Source: Pelomyxa schiedti
Lineage: Eukaryota > Protista > Evosea
Direction of reading: 5' to 3'
Assembly: GCA_020536535.1 (NCBI GenBank)
Contig: JAHLWZ010000807.1
Location: 64,001-128,000, forward strand
DNA: 64,000 nt
The notes below the pieces were generated by a model. That model saw only the letters and a list, made by a program, of their open reading frames with translations, did no database searches and was not told the origin of the DNA. Position 1 is the stretch's first letter; each line of letters begins with the position of its first letter. A program made the position numbers and the translations under genes. Shown here in pieces: positions 36,666-47,240 of this stretch.

Positions 36666-37943
36666 GTGCCAAGTTTCAACTTCAAGGAACCGCGCTCCCA
36701 GATGCTAACGGCGCGGGCTCAGTTGGCAGCTCTGGTCACGTCGTCGCACCGCCGTTGTGGAGCCAGCAGCCCCGCGGCCCCTGTGTGTTCCAACACGGCC
36801 CTGATGTCCTCGTGGTGGCGCGGCACCATCCTGCGCACAGCCTCCCGCGTCGTCCTGGTCCTGAGCCCCACCGGCTTCGACTCCAACGGCTCCTACACCT
36901 TCCGGACCCCCGCTCTCTCCCTCGGAGTGTCCCCGCTGCTCCACAGCCTCACCCACACAGTCTCGAAGCGGGACAGCAACGAATGCAGGTGGCTGTCCCC
37001 GAACACGGGCGTGCAGAGGGACCGCAGCAGTGTGCCGACGGCGTGCGAGCTGCACCTTGTGGGCTATGGCGGCGGTGATGGCAACCCCGCTCAGTTGGGA
37101 CGTGAGGCCGTGCGTGTGCTGGCTAATTTTGGGGTGGTGTCAGATCGGCACCTGGCTGAGGCATTCAACGAAAAATGGGCAATAACGTGTGATAGCGCGT
37201 GGCCAAGCTTGGGGGCAACAATGACCATCAGGAGTATACTGCGGCATGACTTGTGCATGGACTCATCAAAGGTACTGTCGGAGGAGATCCTCCATCCCGT
37301 GACATTACTCGTTCCTGGGGTTGGCAAACTAAGGCGCCTCGATGCTAAAGTGGAAATTAGTTTCAATATGACAGTCCCAGATGAGGCCCTGATGGTGCTC
37401 GTCAACTATTCTAGCTGCACCTGCACGTACCATTTGTTTGATGTTCAGCACACGCACGAATCCAAGGGAATTGCATTTGTGAGTACCACGACCACAAACC
37501 TACAGTATAGGCCGGATTTCTCATTGATAATGAGGCGAACCAGTGGTGATGTTGTTTTCATAGCAAAGACGGATCGTCGCCTCTCATACCGTTATCAAAG
37601 CAACGTCTTTCGAGTTGAAGTGGCCACTGGGAATTTCAAGCGGATCAGGGAAAGGTGTACAGCCCTGACACAGCTCAGTTCCTCTGTGTTCTGTGTCTGG
37701 TCACTCAATGACCTGACATATGAATTATGGGACTGCAACAACACTGACAGGCCACTCGTTGTTGTACCCCAAAACGATGGTGGCTGCACACAGGTTGTTG
37801 GGGGGAGGAGATTTTTGTTTGGAGTCACAAGGAACGGGGAGATAGCGGTGATTGACCCGTCATCAGGCTTGATTGTACTCACTTTGGGCGATCTTCCAGC
37901 CAACCCCCCTTTTGAAATCCTCCTGCGTGATTCCTTTTTGTAA
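36666..37943 (+). CDS. Hypothetical protein. The 5' third (36690..37100) lies in a GC-rich island and its real start may be internal (e.g. MTIRSILRHD… near 37214). The C-terminal part is beta-rich.
   Basis: A 425-codon open frame. The first 130 codons are Ala/Arg/Ser/Pro-rich low complexity typical of translated GC-rich DNA. The opposite strand is also open there. Downstream reads …VFRVEVATGNFKRIRER…LVVVPQNDGGCTQVVGGRRFLFGVTRNGEIAVIDPSSGLIVLTLGDL… with no recognised family. Confidence 0.3.
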   Translation: MPSFNFKEPRSQMLTARAQLAALVTSSHRRCGASSPAAPVCSNTALMSSWWRGTILRTASRVVLVLSPTGFDSNGSYTFRTPALSLGVSPLLHSLTHTVSKRDSNECRWLSPNTGVQRDRSSVPTACELHLVGYGGGDGNPAQLGREAVRVLANFGVVSDRHLAEAFNEKWAITCDSAWPSLGATMTIRSILRHDLCMDSSKVLSEEILHPVTLLVPGVGKLRRLDAKVEISFNMTVPDEALMVLVNYSSCTCTYHLFDVQHTHESKGIAFVSTTTTNLQYRPDFSLIMRRTSGDVVFIAKTDRRLSYRYQSNVFRVEVATGNFKRIRERCTALTQLSSSVFCVWSLNDLTYELWDCNNTDRPLVVVPQNDGGCTQVVGGRRFLFGVTRNGEIAVIDPSSGLIVLTLGDLPANPPFEILLRDSFL

Positions 37944-38069
37944 GACCATTTTCTACAACCAACCCCTGTTTTTATCTGAAACATTCCTATGGTTCTCGTG
38001 ATTGGCCGTTGAGGCAATTGTTGAAAAGAAAATTCCAAACAGCACAAAAAACCTTTGAGTAAAGTATGT

Positions 38070-40642
38070 TCAATCATTGGCTTGCGTGAGTGGCTTTTTT
38101 TGTGAGAGTAGAGGCTCGTCGGCAGTGGCTCGTGTGACTCTGAAGAGCTTGTACCCCAACAGTATGCTCACAACTATAAGCACCAGGCAGACCAAACCCA
38201 AAAATGCAACTCCAACAAGCAGTTCTATCTCCTCTTCATTCACTTCCTCCGGTAATTCGCAATATTCAGAGTACAGGGGTCCAGCTTCACTTATTCCACG
38301 CCTTACAGCAAGGCAACGGAATCTATCAGTTCTAACCTGCATTAATTGTGAGGTGCCGGTGTGTTATACTCAATGACAATCGTACTTCCAACCAATTCCG
38401 GTCTACAACAGAGGATGCACTCCATAATCTTTCAGCAACCTGTATTCAACTGAGCTGAGGAAAATAATGAGAAGGAACACACTGCAGGGCTCCTTGTAAG
38501 CCCACGCTGATCCCATGAAAGGATATCAACGCTCTCCCCCCATGTTGCAGCTTCCCCGCCGAGTACATGTGCTTCATCAGCAGATGTGAGATTTTTACCG
38601 AGTACTGGGTCATTGCTATGGAATCAGGTCTTGCTTTAAACAATACAGCCACATACTTGTACATGTCAACATAAGTCCATACCCACAGCCAATGGGTGCT
38701 GCATTCAGGGCACCCATATGTAGTGCAAAGAGGAGCCTGCATATCTTGGTACCACCCTAGCACACGTTAACACACTAAAGGGTGAAACTGTAATGACACC
38801 ATAAAGCTGAATTGCGTCATAACCAGCTTTGACGGCATCTCTCAAAGTGGTGTTGGTCCTCCAAGCGGCAACAATGGTGTTGGGGAGTACACTTCCATGA
38901 TAGAAGGCTTCCTCCCACACAATGGGCATCTTGGAATTCCTGAACCCCACTAAGTACGACATAAAAAAACCAGGAGCAGACTTGGTGACAGAGTTTTGTG
39001 CATATAGTGTCATGTATTCCTCAAGTTCATCCCAGTCCGATATTCCATTTTGAGACATCCAATATAGAATACTGTCTCTCTCCACGCTGTTATCCCAGCA
39101 ATCAGTGTGAACTATGGAAAGTTGGTTACTTTATTGCGTGCATTGATATTCTTTTTCTTCTTAATCATAGCTATGTAGCGGTGCTCTACCTTCATCTCCG
39201 CCCACATGAACGTAGTCACTACTGAATACAGACAAAGAATCTTTAATAAGACTATCAATAATGTTGAAAGTAAGATTATTTGCAGGATTCAGAGGAATGC
39301 TAGAGGATAATTATAAGCCTATCTGATAAGTGGGAATTGTAACCGGTTTTCGGGGTAAGTAGTTTGTGCATCAAGGAGATAATCCCAGCAGTCTGCAGTT
39401 ATGCCGGGATAGCCCAAGCCCCATGAGGCTGTATGTCCCTTGTTTTTTGTTTGCATTTGCCTTATGATCGGTTTCATACCGGCATATCAAACTCTGGGAT
39501 AACTATTACACCAAGAGATTTGGCATGAGATACCAAATCCTCCAAGTCATCATGAGAAAAATATGCGTCGTCATCAAACTTTCCTTTTTCCGAGAGTTCT
39601 TCATACTCCGGATTCTCATAAGGAAAGGATTGGGAATCGGTGAGATGAATGTGTAAAACATTCATCTTCATGGCAGCTATCCCCTCAATAATTTGTTTTA
39701 TCTGTGTCTTACTTAGCAATGACATAGTGGGGACCTATACTTTTGAGATTGGTAAGAAGTGCCTCGAGGTATCGATCATCATTCCACGCCATCTGAATCT
39801 GGGCCAGTCTTCAATAACAAGGGGTGTGTGTTGAACTGTGAAAGCAGTCCCGTTCCACTCAAGGAGTTGCGCAACTGTCTCAAAAGCTAGAACCCGTGAG
39901 TCTGGAGTTTGTGTTGAAATCTCGTAGCCTCAACCTCTGAGAGTGCCCCATACATTCGCTGCTACGATATAAATTTTGTCTGACACGTGAATGGAGTATG
40001 TTTCATTGACCTCTATATCCAAATCAGGGAATGTATTGTGACTCTCCATTTGCACTAAAATCTCAGAAATCTTATAGGGACGTAAGAGGGCAAATGAGAA
40101 GGGATAAAAAAAACAAAAAAAGAAGACGAAGAGGGCACCGTATCCTGTGCAGGTATGGTGTTGTTCAATTGAACCGAAATCTGCTGGTGCAGTGATAATA
40201 TCCAAGGTGAAACCTTCATCTGTTGTTCTATTGGTACTGTAACGCACCTCGAGAACGCACTCTCAATAATCTGCACGAAATTGAGTGAGTCTGCTCGTAC
40301 TTTTTTTTTTTTTGTGTGTGTGTGTACTAGTACAGGGGGCGGGGGATAAACATTAAACACCCCAATGGGAATGAAAGAATGAAAGAGAATGAATGAGAAT
40401 GGCCAGACCTGGTTTGCGTCGTGGTCCAAGTCGCCGTCGAGGGTTGTGATGGACAGAGACGGCGTCTGAGCCACGGCCACGGCGCCCATGCCGCACGTGG
40501 CGTGCTGCGGCTGCGGAAACACGAGCAGGCTGTCGCTCCCGACCACGCCGCCCGCCGCAACGCCAGCCCAGCTCATCGCGACGGTGCATGTGACCCACAC
40601 TGCAACTGCCGAAACGGCGATGGCCCACTTGCCCTGCTTCAT
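38070..40642 (-). CDS. HEX: Beta-N-acetylhexosaminidase (GH20) with signal peptide and an unusual C-terminal transmembrane anchor + short cytoplasmic tail, multi-exon
   Basis: Exon 1 from 40642: [26 protein letters not shown]…[13 protein letters not shown] (classic hexosaminidase N-terminus). GH20 N-domain: [43 protein letters not shown]. Catalytic core (39474..39725): [64 protein letters not shown]. Further exons: 38705..39085 and 38446..38763. Last exon 38342..38070: …[24 protein letters not shown] aligns with the human HEXB C-terminus ([26 protein letters not shown]). It then continues [61 protein letters not shown]. Confidence 0.85.
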
Positions 40643-40982
40643 TGGGGCTGCCTTTGGTTTTTTTTGTTTTTTTTTCTCTTGTTACAACCCTTCGAAGAAG
40701 GAAGGCGATCTTGCCCACTGGGTGGGAGTCTCACCACTGAAGTGTATACTCAACACCAGATGGGGATGTGTTGTGCGAGAGCATTCTGGTTCTCAATCTA
40801 TAGGGCTGGGTGATGAGGACCACTCCAGTTCACTAATTTAGAGGGAGTGCACTGAAGCTGTTTCCTGGAAACGATCGAGTTTCAGGAAAACTCTGAGATG
40901 CCACAGAACAACAAAAAAAACCAACCTTGCGCTTGTTTTCTTAGTTCTGTGCTGTTGGTGGTGTGCCTACAAAAACGCACAA
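40643..40982. promoter_or_regulatory. Bidirectional promoter region between the hexosaminidase gene (-) and the MFS transporter gene (+)
   Basis: A 340-bp spacer between two head-to-head starts. The hexosaminidase first exon immediately adjacent is a GC-rich island. Confidence 0.4.
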
Positions 40983-42911
40983 ATGACCGAGAGAGATGGC
41001 ACGCAAGATCTGCGGCAGTCTGGTGGTCCCACGTACGTTCTCGACAAAGTCGCACCGCAGTCTTCGTCATCGCCTTCGGCGTCGCGTGTGAAGGAAGATC
41101 TGATTGGCGGAGAGGGTGACTCCTCGTCACCTCCCGTTTCGGAAAGCAATAACCCGCTGTTACGATGCATGTTTCCTGTTGTTACTGACGAGGAAGACCG
41201 ACAAATGGCAACTGGTTGCAGGAGCAACAAATTTTATGTCTTGACAGTTCTCAGTGTGGCAAACGCCATTTCGTTTTGTGTGAGAATGTTACCTTCCTCA
41301 ATGAAGGACATGATGAAAGATGATTTAAGTCTAACAGACACTGAGACAGGTTTTTTCCTTCTCTCATCACTAAAAGTTTCATTGGCTCATCTTTGAATAG
41401 GACTGGTCTACACAGCGTTTTTGATTGCCTTTGTGATTTTTTCACCAGTTTTTGGCACTTTTGTTGATAAGGGAATGTCGAGAAAGGTTTTGTGATTCAT
41501 AACGTTATTTGTTTTAAATGCCGCACAGTGGATGATTGTTATTGGTATTTTTATATTTTCTGTGGGATCTTGCGTTACTGCTTTCTCTGAGAGTTTCTGG
41601 TTTCTCCTTTTACCGAGGGTATTTGTTGGCATTGGGTCAGGTTTTCGCTCACTTCCCTTTTGGTCCATATCTTACACAAAATAGCTGCTTTTTCCGCTGT
41701 CGCACCTTCACTTTTGTGCGATTTCTTCCCCCCTGATAGAGTATCTAAAGCTATGTCATTATTTTTCGCAATGATTCCTGTGGGCACTGCTTTTGCATTT
41801 ATTATTGGTGGCTTTCTGGGGGATACGATTGGTTGAAGGGTCACCTTTGCAGGCAGTGCGGTATTCGTTGCTGTGATATTTGCTATTCTTCCTTTGAAGG
41901 AACCAAAGAAAGGAAGATACGATGTTACCAAGAACTCTCCTTCTCCAGGAATACTACAAGGCTTGAAGGTATAGGAAGCGAATGTTTACATCTCCTTAAC
42001 GTAATAAAGGTACTCTTCACTAATCCAGCATATCTCTTTGTTGTAATTGGTCAGACACCTCTTGCTGGAGGCCTCACAGCCATGGCTGACTGGTTACCTG
42101 CATATTTTTCTCGGTACCTTTTTTTTTGTTGTTATTTTGACATAAATTTTCATATTTTCACATTTATAACTTAATCCAGCCTTTTAATATAGAACATATG
42201 ATATGTCAGCAACACTTGCAGGTTTACTTGTGGGTGGAATTGTTGTAGTTGGAGCGGTAGCCGGAACATTTTTGGGAGCTGTACTTGGTGATTTATCCAA
42301 AAGATTTACAAAGCAGCCTTATTTCTTTGTCTCATACATGGGACTCATATTGGCCACACCTCTCACTATCGCTATCCTCTTGATGAATATTAAGTACCTC
42401 GCATGTAGTTTAATTTTCGTATCTGTATCTGCCGTGTATATATACGTAGGTAGTATCTCTTCTCCCTTGTATATCTCTGAGGGTCTTTAAGGTCCAATCA
42501 ATGCTGTTCTCAACAACAGTGTCGATGCCAACTCACGGAGTAGAGCCATGAGGTACAATTCTCATATGCTCTATAAATATTTGACCAATTTCCAGCCTTA
42601 ACCTACTAATTGTAAACTCCTGTGGGTCTTCATATAGCTCTGCTGTTGTGGTATCAACCACTTGCAGTGTTTACAACACTTTAATTCACCTGCAACAGGG
42701 AGCAATCTCCGATTCTACCGGGAAACTCGACATGGCCCTTTTAGTTGTACCGATTATGTTCTTCCTGGCCTGTGTGATATGGATTGTAGCATGGCTTGTG
42801 GTGAAACAATCCACAGCTGGGGAGGTAGCACCCACAGTCCTAGGAGACCCACCATTGCCCTCCGAGGGATCAGTTTCCCCCAATGTGGAATTGGATTCGA
42901 ACACCCTGTAA
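40983..42911 (+). CDS. Major facilitator superfamily transporter, Spinster-like (SPNS), multi-exon
   Basis: Exon 1: …RSNKFYVLTVLSVANAISFCVRMLPSSMKDMMKDDLSLTDTETG. Later exons: LVYTAFLIAFVIFSPVFGTFVDKGMSRKVL; …AMIPVGTAFAFIIGGFLGDTIG…; VLFTNPAYLFVVIGQTPLAGGLTAMADWLPAYFSRYL; MSATLAGLLVGGIVVVGAVAGTFLGAVLGDLSKRFTKQPYFFVSYMGLILATPLTIAILLMNIKY…; last exon ORF 42648..42911. TM-rich throughout, with the MFS/Spinster signature (GLLQTVF…GDRYNRK-like). Confidence 0.8.
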
Positions 42912-43699
42912 ATTGAACATCACCAATTTGGTCGCTACCAATTTTCGTAGATTCTGAAGATCAACGGCAGTGGAGCAAAGGTGCACACACCAAAAGGGAA
43001 ACAAAATCCCACAATTCCGCTCTCTGTTGTGGGGGTGTCGTGCGAGGGTGCCGAAAAGAAAACAAATCTCCAAGAAAAAAATGGCCATTTCTTTCTTCAG
43101 TCTTTTGGACCTTCGTGGTCCCAGTCTTTGGCACCTTTTTGGTGTCTGTGTCGGCGCTGTAGAACCATGCACACTGGCACTTTTTTTAAAAAAAAAAAAA
43201 AAAGGGGGACATCGATGTGATGCGGTGTTAATGTCTATGTAATGTTTGAAGCAACAAAAAAGAAAAACTCACGGAGAGGGTGCGGACAGCTACGTAACTT
43301 GCGGTGGGAAGGAACGGTGTCGTGTCGCTCGCGTGTTGTGCGGGCGAAGATCCCAATCAATACAACTGACTCAGATCCATTCTGGGGGGTATTGTAGCTG
43401 GGCTGCTTCACGGTGTATATACCCAACGGTATTTTTATTTTTCTTTACTCCACTTCATGGTGTTTTTTTTTTTTCCCCTAGGAATTGTTGGCGGTGTGAA
43501 ACGCATTCGTTTGGCACTCGGCGTTTGTATTTGTGTTGCGAATTTAAGGAACTAGTTTGACTGTTGCCAGGCTGTTGCGTTCATCTCTGTCCCGACTGCC
43601 GGCTGATCTATGCTTTGTATCTGGGAGCATGATTCTTCTAGGATTGGAATTTCCCATTACGGGAGCAACAGGGTGTGTAATTCCCAAGCTCCTCCCTCC

Positions 43700-43890
43700 C
43701 TCTCAGCCAAACTGAGTTTGAGGTATCTATTGCTTCCTTCCTTCCTTGTGATTTTCTGTTGTTTCTTATGACATGACAAGATTAGGATGTTTTTAATTAA
43801 ACACCACTAGTGTGCCCTCTCCTAAGAGCTGAATTCGAGGTAACTAGTAATCCTCATTTCTGTTGTTCTAATGACAAGATTAGGATTTGC
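43700..43890. repeat. Imperfect tandem duplication of an approx. 85-nt unit in an intergenic region
   Basis: Unit 1: …ctgagtttgaggtatctattgcttcc…ttctgttgtttcttatgacatgacaagattaggat. Unit 2: …ctgaattcgaggtaactagtaatcctcatttctgttgttctaatgacaagattaggat. About 75% identity. It sits between the MFS 3' end and the DUSP gene. Confidence 0.5.
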
Positions 43891-44932
43891 ACCGTGTCAA
43901 TAAAGCCTACCTATTCTCATTGGACCGTGACGTGATAAGTTCTCACTACTCCTCCCCTTTGTAATTTTTTTGTAAAAATAAAACACAACACTGTTCTTCC
44001 GGCTTTAGTTCATTGAAAAATAATTCGGTTTTTTCAGTTAAAAGGAAACAAAAAAGTGGCCAATTATTTATTTATTTTATTATGCAACTACTCAAAATAT
44101 TCTAGAGAAACGACATTCATTCATGGTGTGGTGGTGACTGGTGGTGAGTGGATTCATGGAATTCTGCTGGCCTCTCAATTGGGGTTGAGAGGGCAGTAGC
44201 AGTCGAAAATACTACTGGACCAATTCCACTTAGCAGGGTTCATATCTATAATTTTGTTAGAAGCAAGAACTCTAGGGAAAACCAGTGACAAGCATGGCTC
44301 CAACGCGTAGCAGACCTAGAAAAAACGGACCCGCCAAAGAAAAGAAAATAGGTTCACAAGGAGCGGAAAGCACACCTCAAAGAGCAAGTGTAACCGGATC
44401 AGAACGAGTAAGTCCCCACTGTGTTACAATTTGTATTTCGTAGTAAATTAATTAGTTAATAAATTAATTTACTGTCCAAACCCAAGGTTAACGAGGGGAA
44501 AAATAGCTTACGACGGACACGCACGAATGAATCGCAAATTGCCAGCAAACAGTGCAGCAACCGCGGAGATCACAACAGTCACATGGCAAAACGGCTGCGG
44601 ACCCGGCCGCACGCCATGCACCACCGCACGCACCAGAGCCCCACCGACGAACAACAGCCGCGCATCGCCTTCGTGTTTTATTTTATTTTGTTGTATCGGA
44701 TCTTGGGGAAAGGGTCTGAATGAGCCTGATACCAGAGATGTAGGTGCAGACACATCAACCAGGACATCAACCAAACCCGCGTCCCTGTACGCTGTTCAAG
44801 ATCCCTCTTTTCGCTTTTTATTGTTCACCCGTGTAGCTCGTTCGTTCTTTCTTTTTGTGACAACGAAAAATCAAAAAAAAATACTTCGGATGAGCCATTC
44901 GCCTGCGGATCCAGCTGAGATCTTGCCCGTGT

Positions 44933-45813
44933 GTGCTGAAACGCGACCTTTTGGACACACATTTGCTGATGCAAATACTACCGACACACTCTCGTAGCAG
45001 AGATTTTTATAACAACCGATCTAACGACACGACGCACACCGCGTGGTTTCAGGGACGACTGTGGCTGGGAAGTGCACTAGTTGCGTGCAATCGCGATTGT
45101 CTCGTATCGCATGGCACTTTTTACGTGCTCAACGCGACGTCTGAAGTCCCCAATTTCTTCGACGGCGATACACGCTTCACATACTGCAGGCTTGGTCTCG
45201 ATGACTCGTACGACGAGGACCTCTTGTGCCACGCTGACACAATATGCAATTTTATCAGTGCGTTTGGCCTTACCCCCACTTTTGTGATGAAATCCTCGCA
45301 CAACTTTAACTACCTTTCTTTCAGACACTGCCAAGGCAAATAATGGCGCTGTTCTCGTTCATTGTCAAGCAGGCAAGCGGCCTCGAATTTTTAACAATTG
45401 ATAAAATTCAACTAATTGCTTTAATTAGGGATATCCAGATCCGCGTCTGGTTCATTGCTCAAACATTCCCTACGAAGCATAACTCAGTTACAGCTGTTCT
45501 CATTTACCTCATGAAACAGGAGAGAATGACACTCAAAGCTGCCCATGCTAAGGTTCAGGCAGCAAGGTGTAACATTGGTCCAAACATAGGTCACCTGCTT
45601 TCCTCTGCTTTTCTCTGATATTGTGCAGGTTACTATGGACAGTTGATCCGCATGGAAAAGGAATTGTTTGGGTCCAACACAGTTTCTGAGGGGGGTTACA
45701 TGTTGGACCAGCTCGTAGCAATGGGATTTAACCCTGAACAAGCAAGAAGAGCCCTTGAAAACAGCCACAATAGATTGAATGAGGCAATAACTTTCCTAAT
45801 CACCAATGTCTGA
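44933..45813 (+). CDS. Dual-specificity protein phosphatase (DUSP catalytic domain) fused to a C-terminal UBA domain; 5 exons: join(44933..45257,45325..45372,45429..45449,45488..45589,45629..45813)
   Basis: Exon 1: …FQGRLWLGSALVACNRDCLVSHGTFYVLNATSEVPNFFDGDTRFTYCRLGLDDSYDEDLLCHADTICNFI. Exon 2: NTAKANNGAVLVHCQAG. Exon 3: (G)ISRSAS. Exon 4: VTAVLIYLMKQERMTLKAAHAKVQAARCNIGPNIG. Exon 5: YYGQLIRMEKELFGSNTVSEGGYMLDQLVAMGFNPEQARRALENSHNRLNEAITFLITNV*. The active site HCQAG|ISRS is only restored by splicing a GC-AG intron (45373..45428). Phases were checked by hand. Upstream exons are possible (e.g. MAPTRSRPRK… at 44295 with a GTAAGT donor). Confidence 0.8.
45373..45428 (+). other. 56-nt GC-AG (non-canonical donor GCAAGC) intron interrupting the DUSP catalytic motif
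   Basis: Only this splice restores HC-x5-R (HCQAGISRS). An unspliced read gives HCQAGKRPRIFNN*. Confidence 0.6.
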
Positions 45814-45936
45814 GCCTCATTGAATCTCGCCATAGGTTTTAAATAAAAATTTCCAACAAGATATGCATAGGCAATTACCCAAGAATATTTATATGTGCAA
45901 AATGGATTATTTTTTCTTTACATCTTTACAAATCGA

Positions 45937-47240
45937 TTATTCATTCCTGTGCTTCTTTTCCTTCTCCCTGAGTTTGTTCCACTTCTTCTGTTTTGTAGTG
46001 TACAAGGCAAATCCATCTTCCAATACATGCAGAGCTTCATAACAAGTTGGCCTTGAATAAGGTACTGCACTCCAACACGTTTGCAGGAATGAGGACAAGA
46101 CCTGAGGGCATGAACTTGGTATAGTTGGCCTTATGCGTTTCTGTGCCACTTGTACAAGTATTTGAAATTCGGCCTGAATCATTGTGTATTCACTGTAAGG
46201 CCGCACATGCTCACCCTAAAAGTTTTTTTAAAAAGTTGACTATCATGTGTTTTAGTACCTTTAGACATCTGACAACCATCTACATAAAAACGAATCAGAA
46301 TTATAAGGAAAATAGTCCTTTTGTGGGAAAAACGTTTACCTCCCACAGAATAATCGAGAAACTGTATATATCAGACTTGTCTGTGTGAATTCCACCAGTG
46401 AAGACCTCCTAAGGTCCATTGGTTTTGTTGTGGTGTTTGAAGAGACATACAGGACAGCTATAGGCATATGTACCTCTGACTTTATACAGTGTTTCAGAGT
46501 CATCATTTATTCGCGTAGTGCCGAAATCGCTTGTTGTGTAATTTTTAAGAACATATGTGGGGGTATATGAATTTTACCATAACTTGGCGGAACCGTTATC
46601 AGCAATTAGAATGTTGGATGATTTTAAATCCCTGTGGAGAAGCTGGGGTACCCATGAATGAAGGCACGATAGTCCTCTCAGTGTGTCACAGGCGTACATG
46701 AAAACATTTTCCCATGTGAAGGCGGTGTCACTCTTCATGACTCTGGAGGACGGTGTTAATAAGACCGTTGTTGGAACTTATGGGAAAGATTGGCAGGTAC
46801 GTTTCTAGGCTGCCTCTTGAGCAATACTCCAAAACGAGGCAAATGCGAGGTTCTAACACAGCCCCGTAAAAATATACAATATTCGGAGATCGCAGTTCAC
46901 TGAAACGGTTAGTTATTCACAAAGAGAACTCGGTGTCGTTTCAATACCTCAAGAGGGAGAACTCCTTTTTGAAGTCCTGTATTGCACGGCTGTCAGGTTT
47001 TTCTTTCAGTACTTTGACAGCCACATACTGATTACGCCAGACTCCTTTGTACCTGTTGAGAGGAAGGTAAGTATATTAGAAGGATTTTTGAGAACGCACA
47101 GTTTGGCAAAACTTCCAGCCCCGAAAGGCTGCTTCTCTATGTGTTGCTTGATTTCACTCCATTGGATAGCCCACTGTTGTGCGTCCTCTTTTGTATTGTA
47201 ATTGTGAGAATTGGGGTAAATAAGTTCATATGACAACTCA
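45937..47240 (-). CDS. Protein kinase (catalytic domain exons). The gene probably extends upstream through Ser/Pro-rich exons to a Pro-rich N-terminal exon (48797..50140).
   Basis: Possible Gly-loop …KQPFGAGSFAKLCVLKN… (47006..47236). …KNYTTSDFGTTRINDDSETLYKVRGTYAY (DFG, about 46440..46540). FTGGIHTDKSDIYSFSIILWEV (subdomain IX, about 46320..46390). GEHVRPYSEYTMIQAEFQILVQVAQKRIRPTIPSSCPQVLSSFLQTCWSAVPYSRPTCYEALHVLE…* (45937..46206). Upstream ORFs 47365..47721 and 48109..48675 are S/P-rich. ORF 48797..50278 has a poly-Pro start MHGNKGSSWPDGPPPPPP. The joins are inferred. Confidence 0.6.

Noticed and set aside
37595-38077. 160-aa minus-strand ORF antisense to the 36666..37943 gene
   Set aside because: It is fully antisense to a longer ORF, its composition is odd, and it has no motifs. 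It is most likely non-coding.
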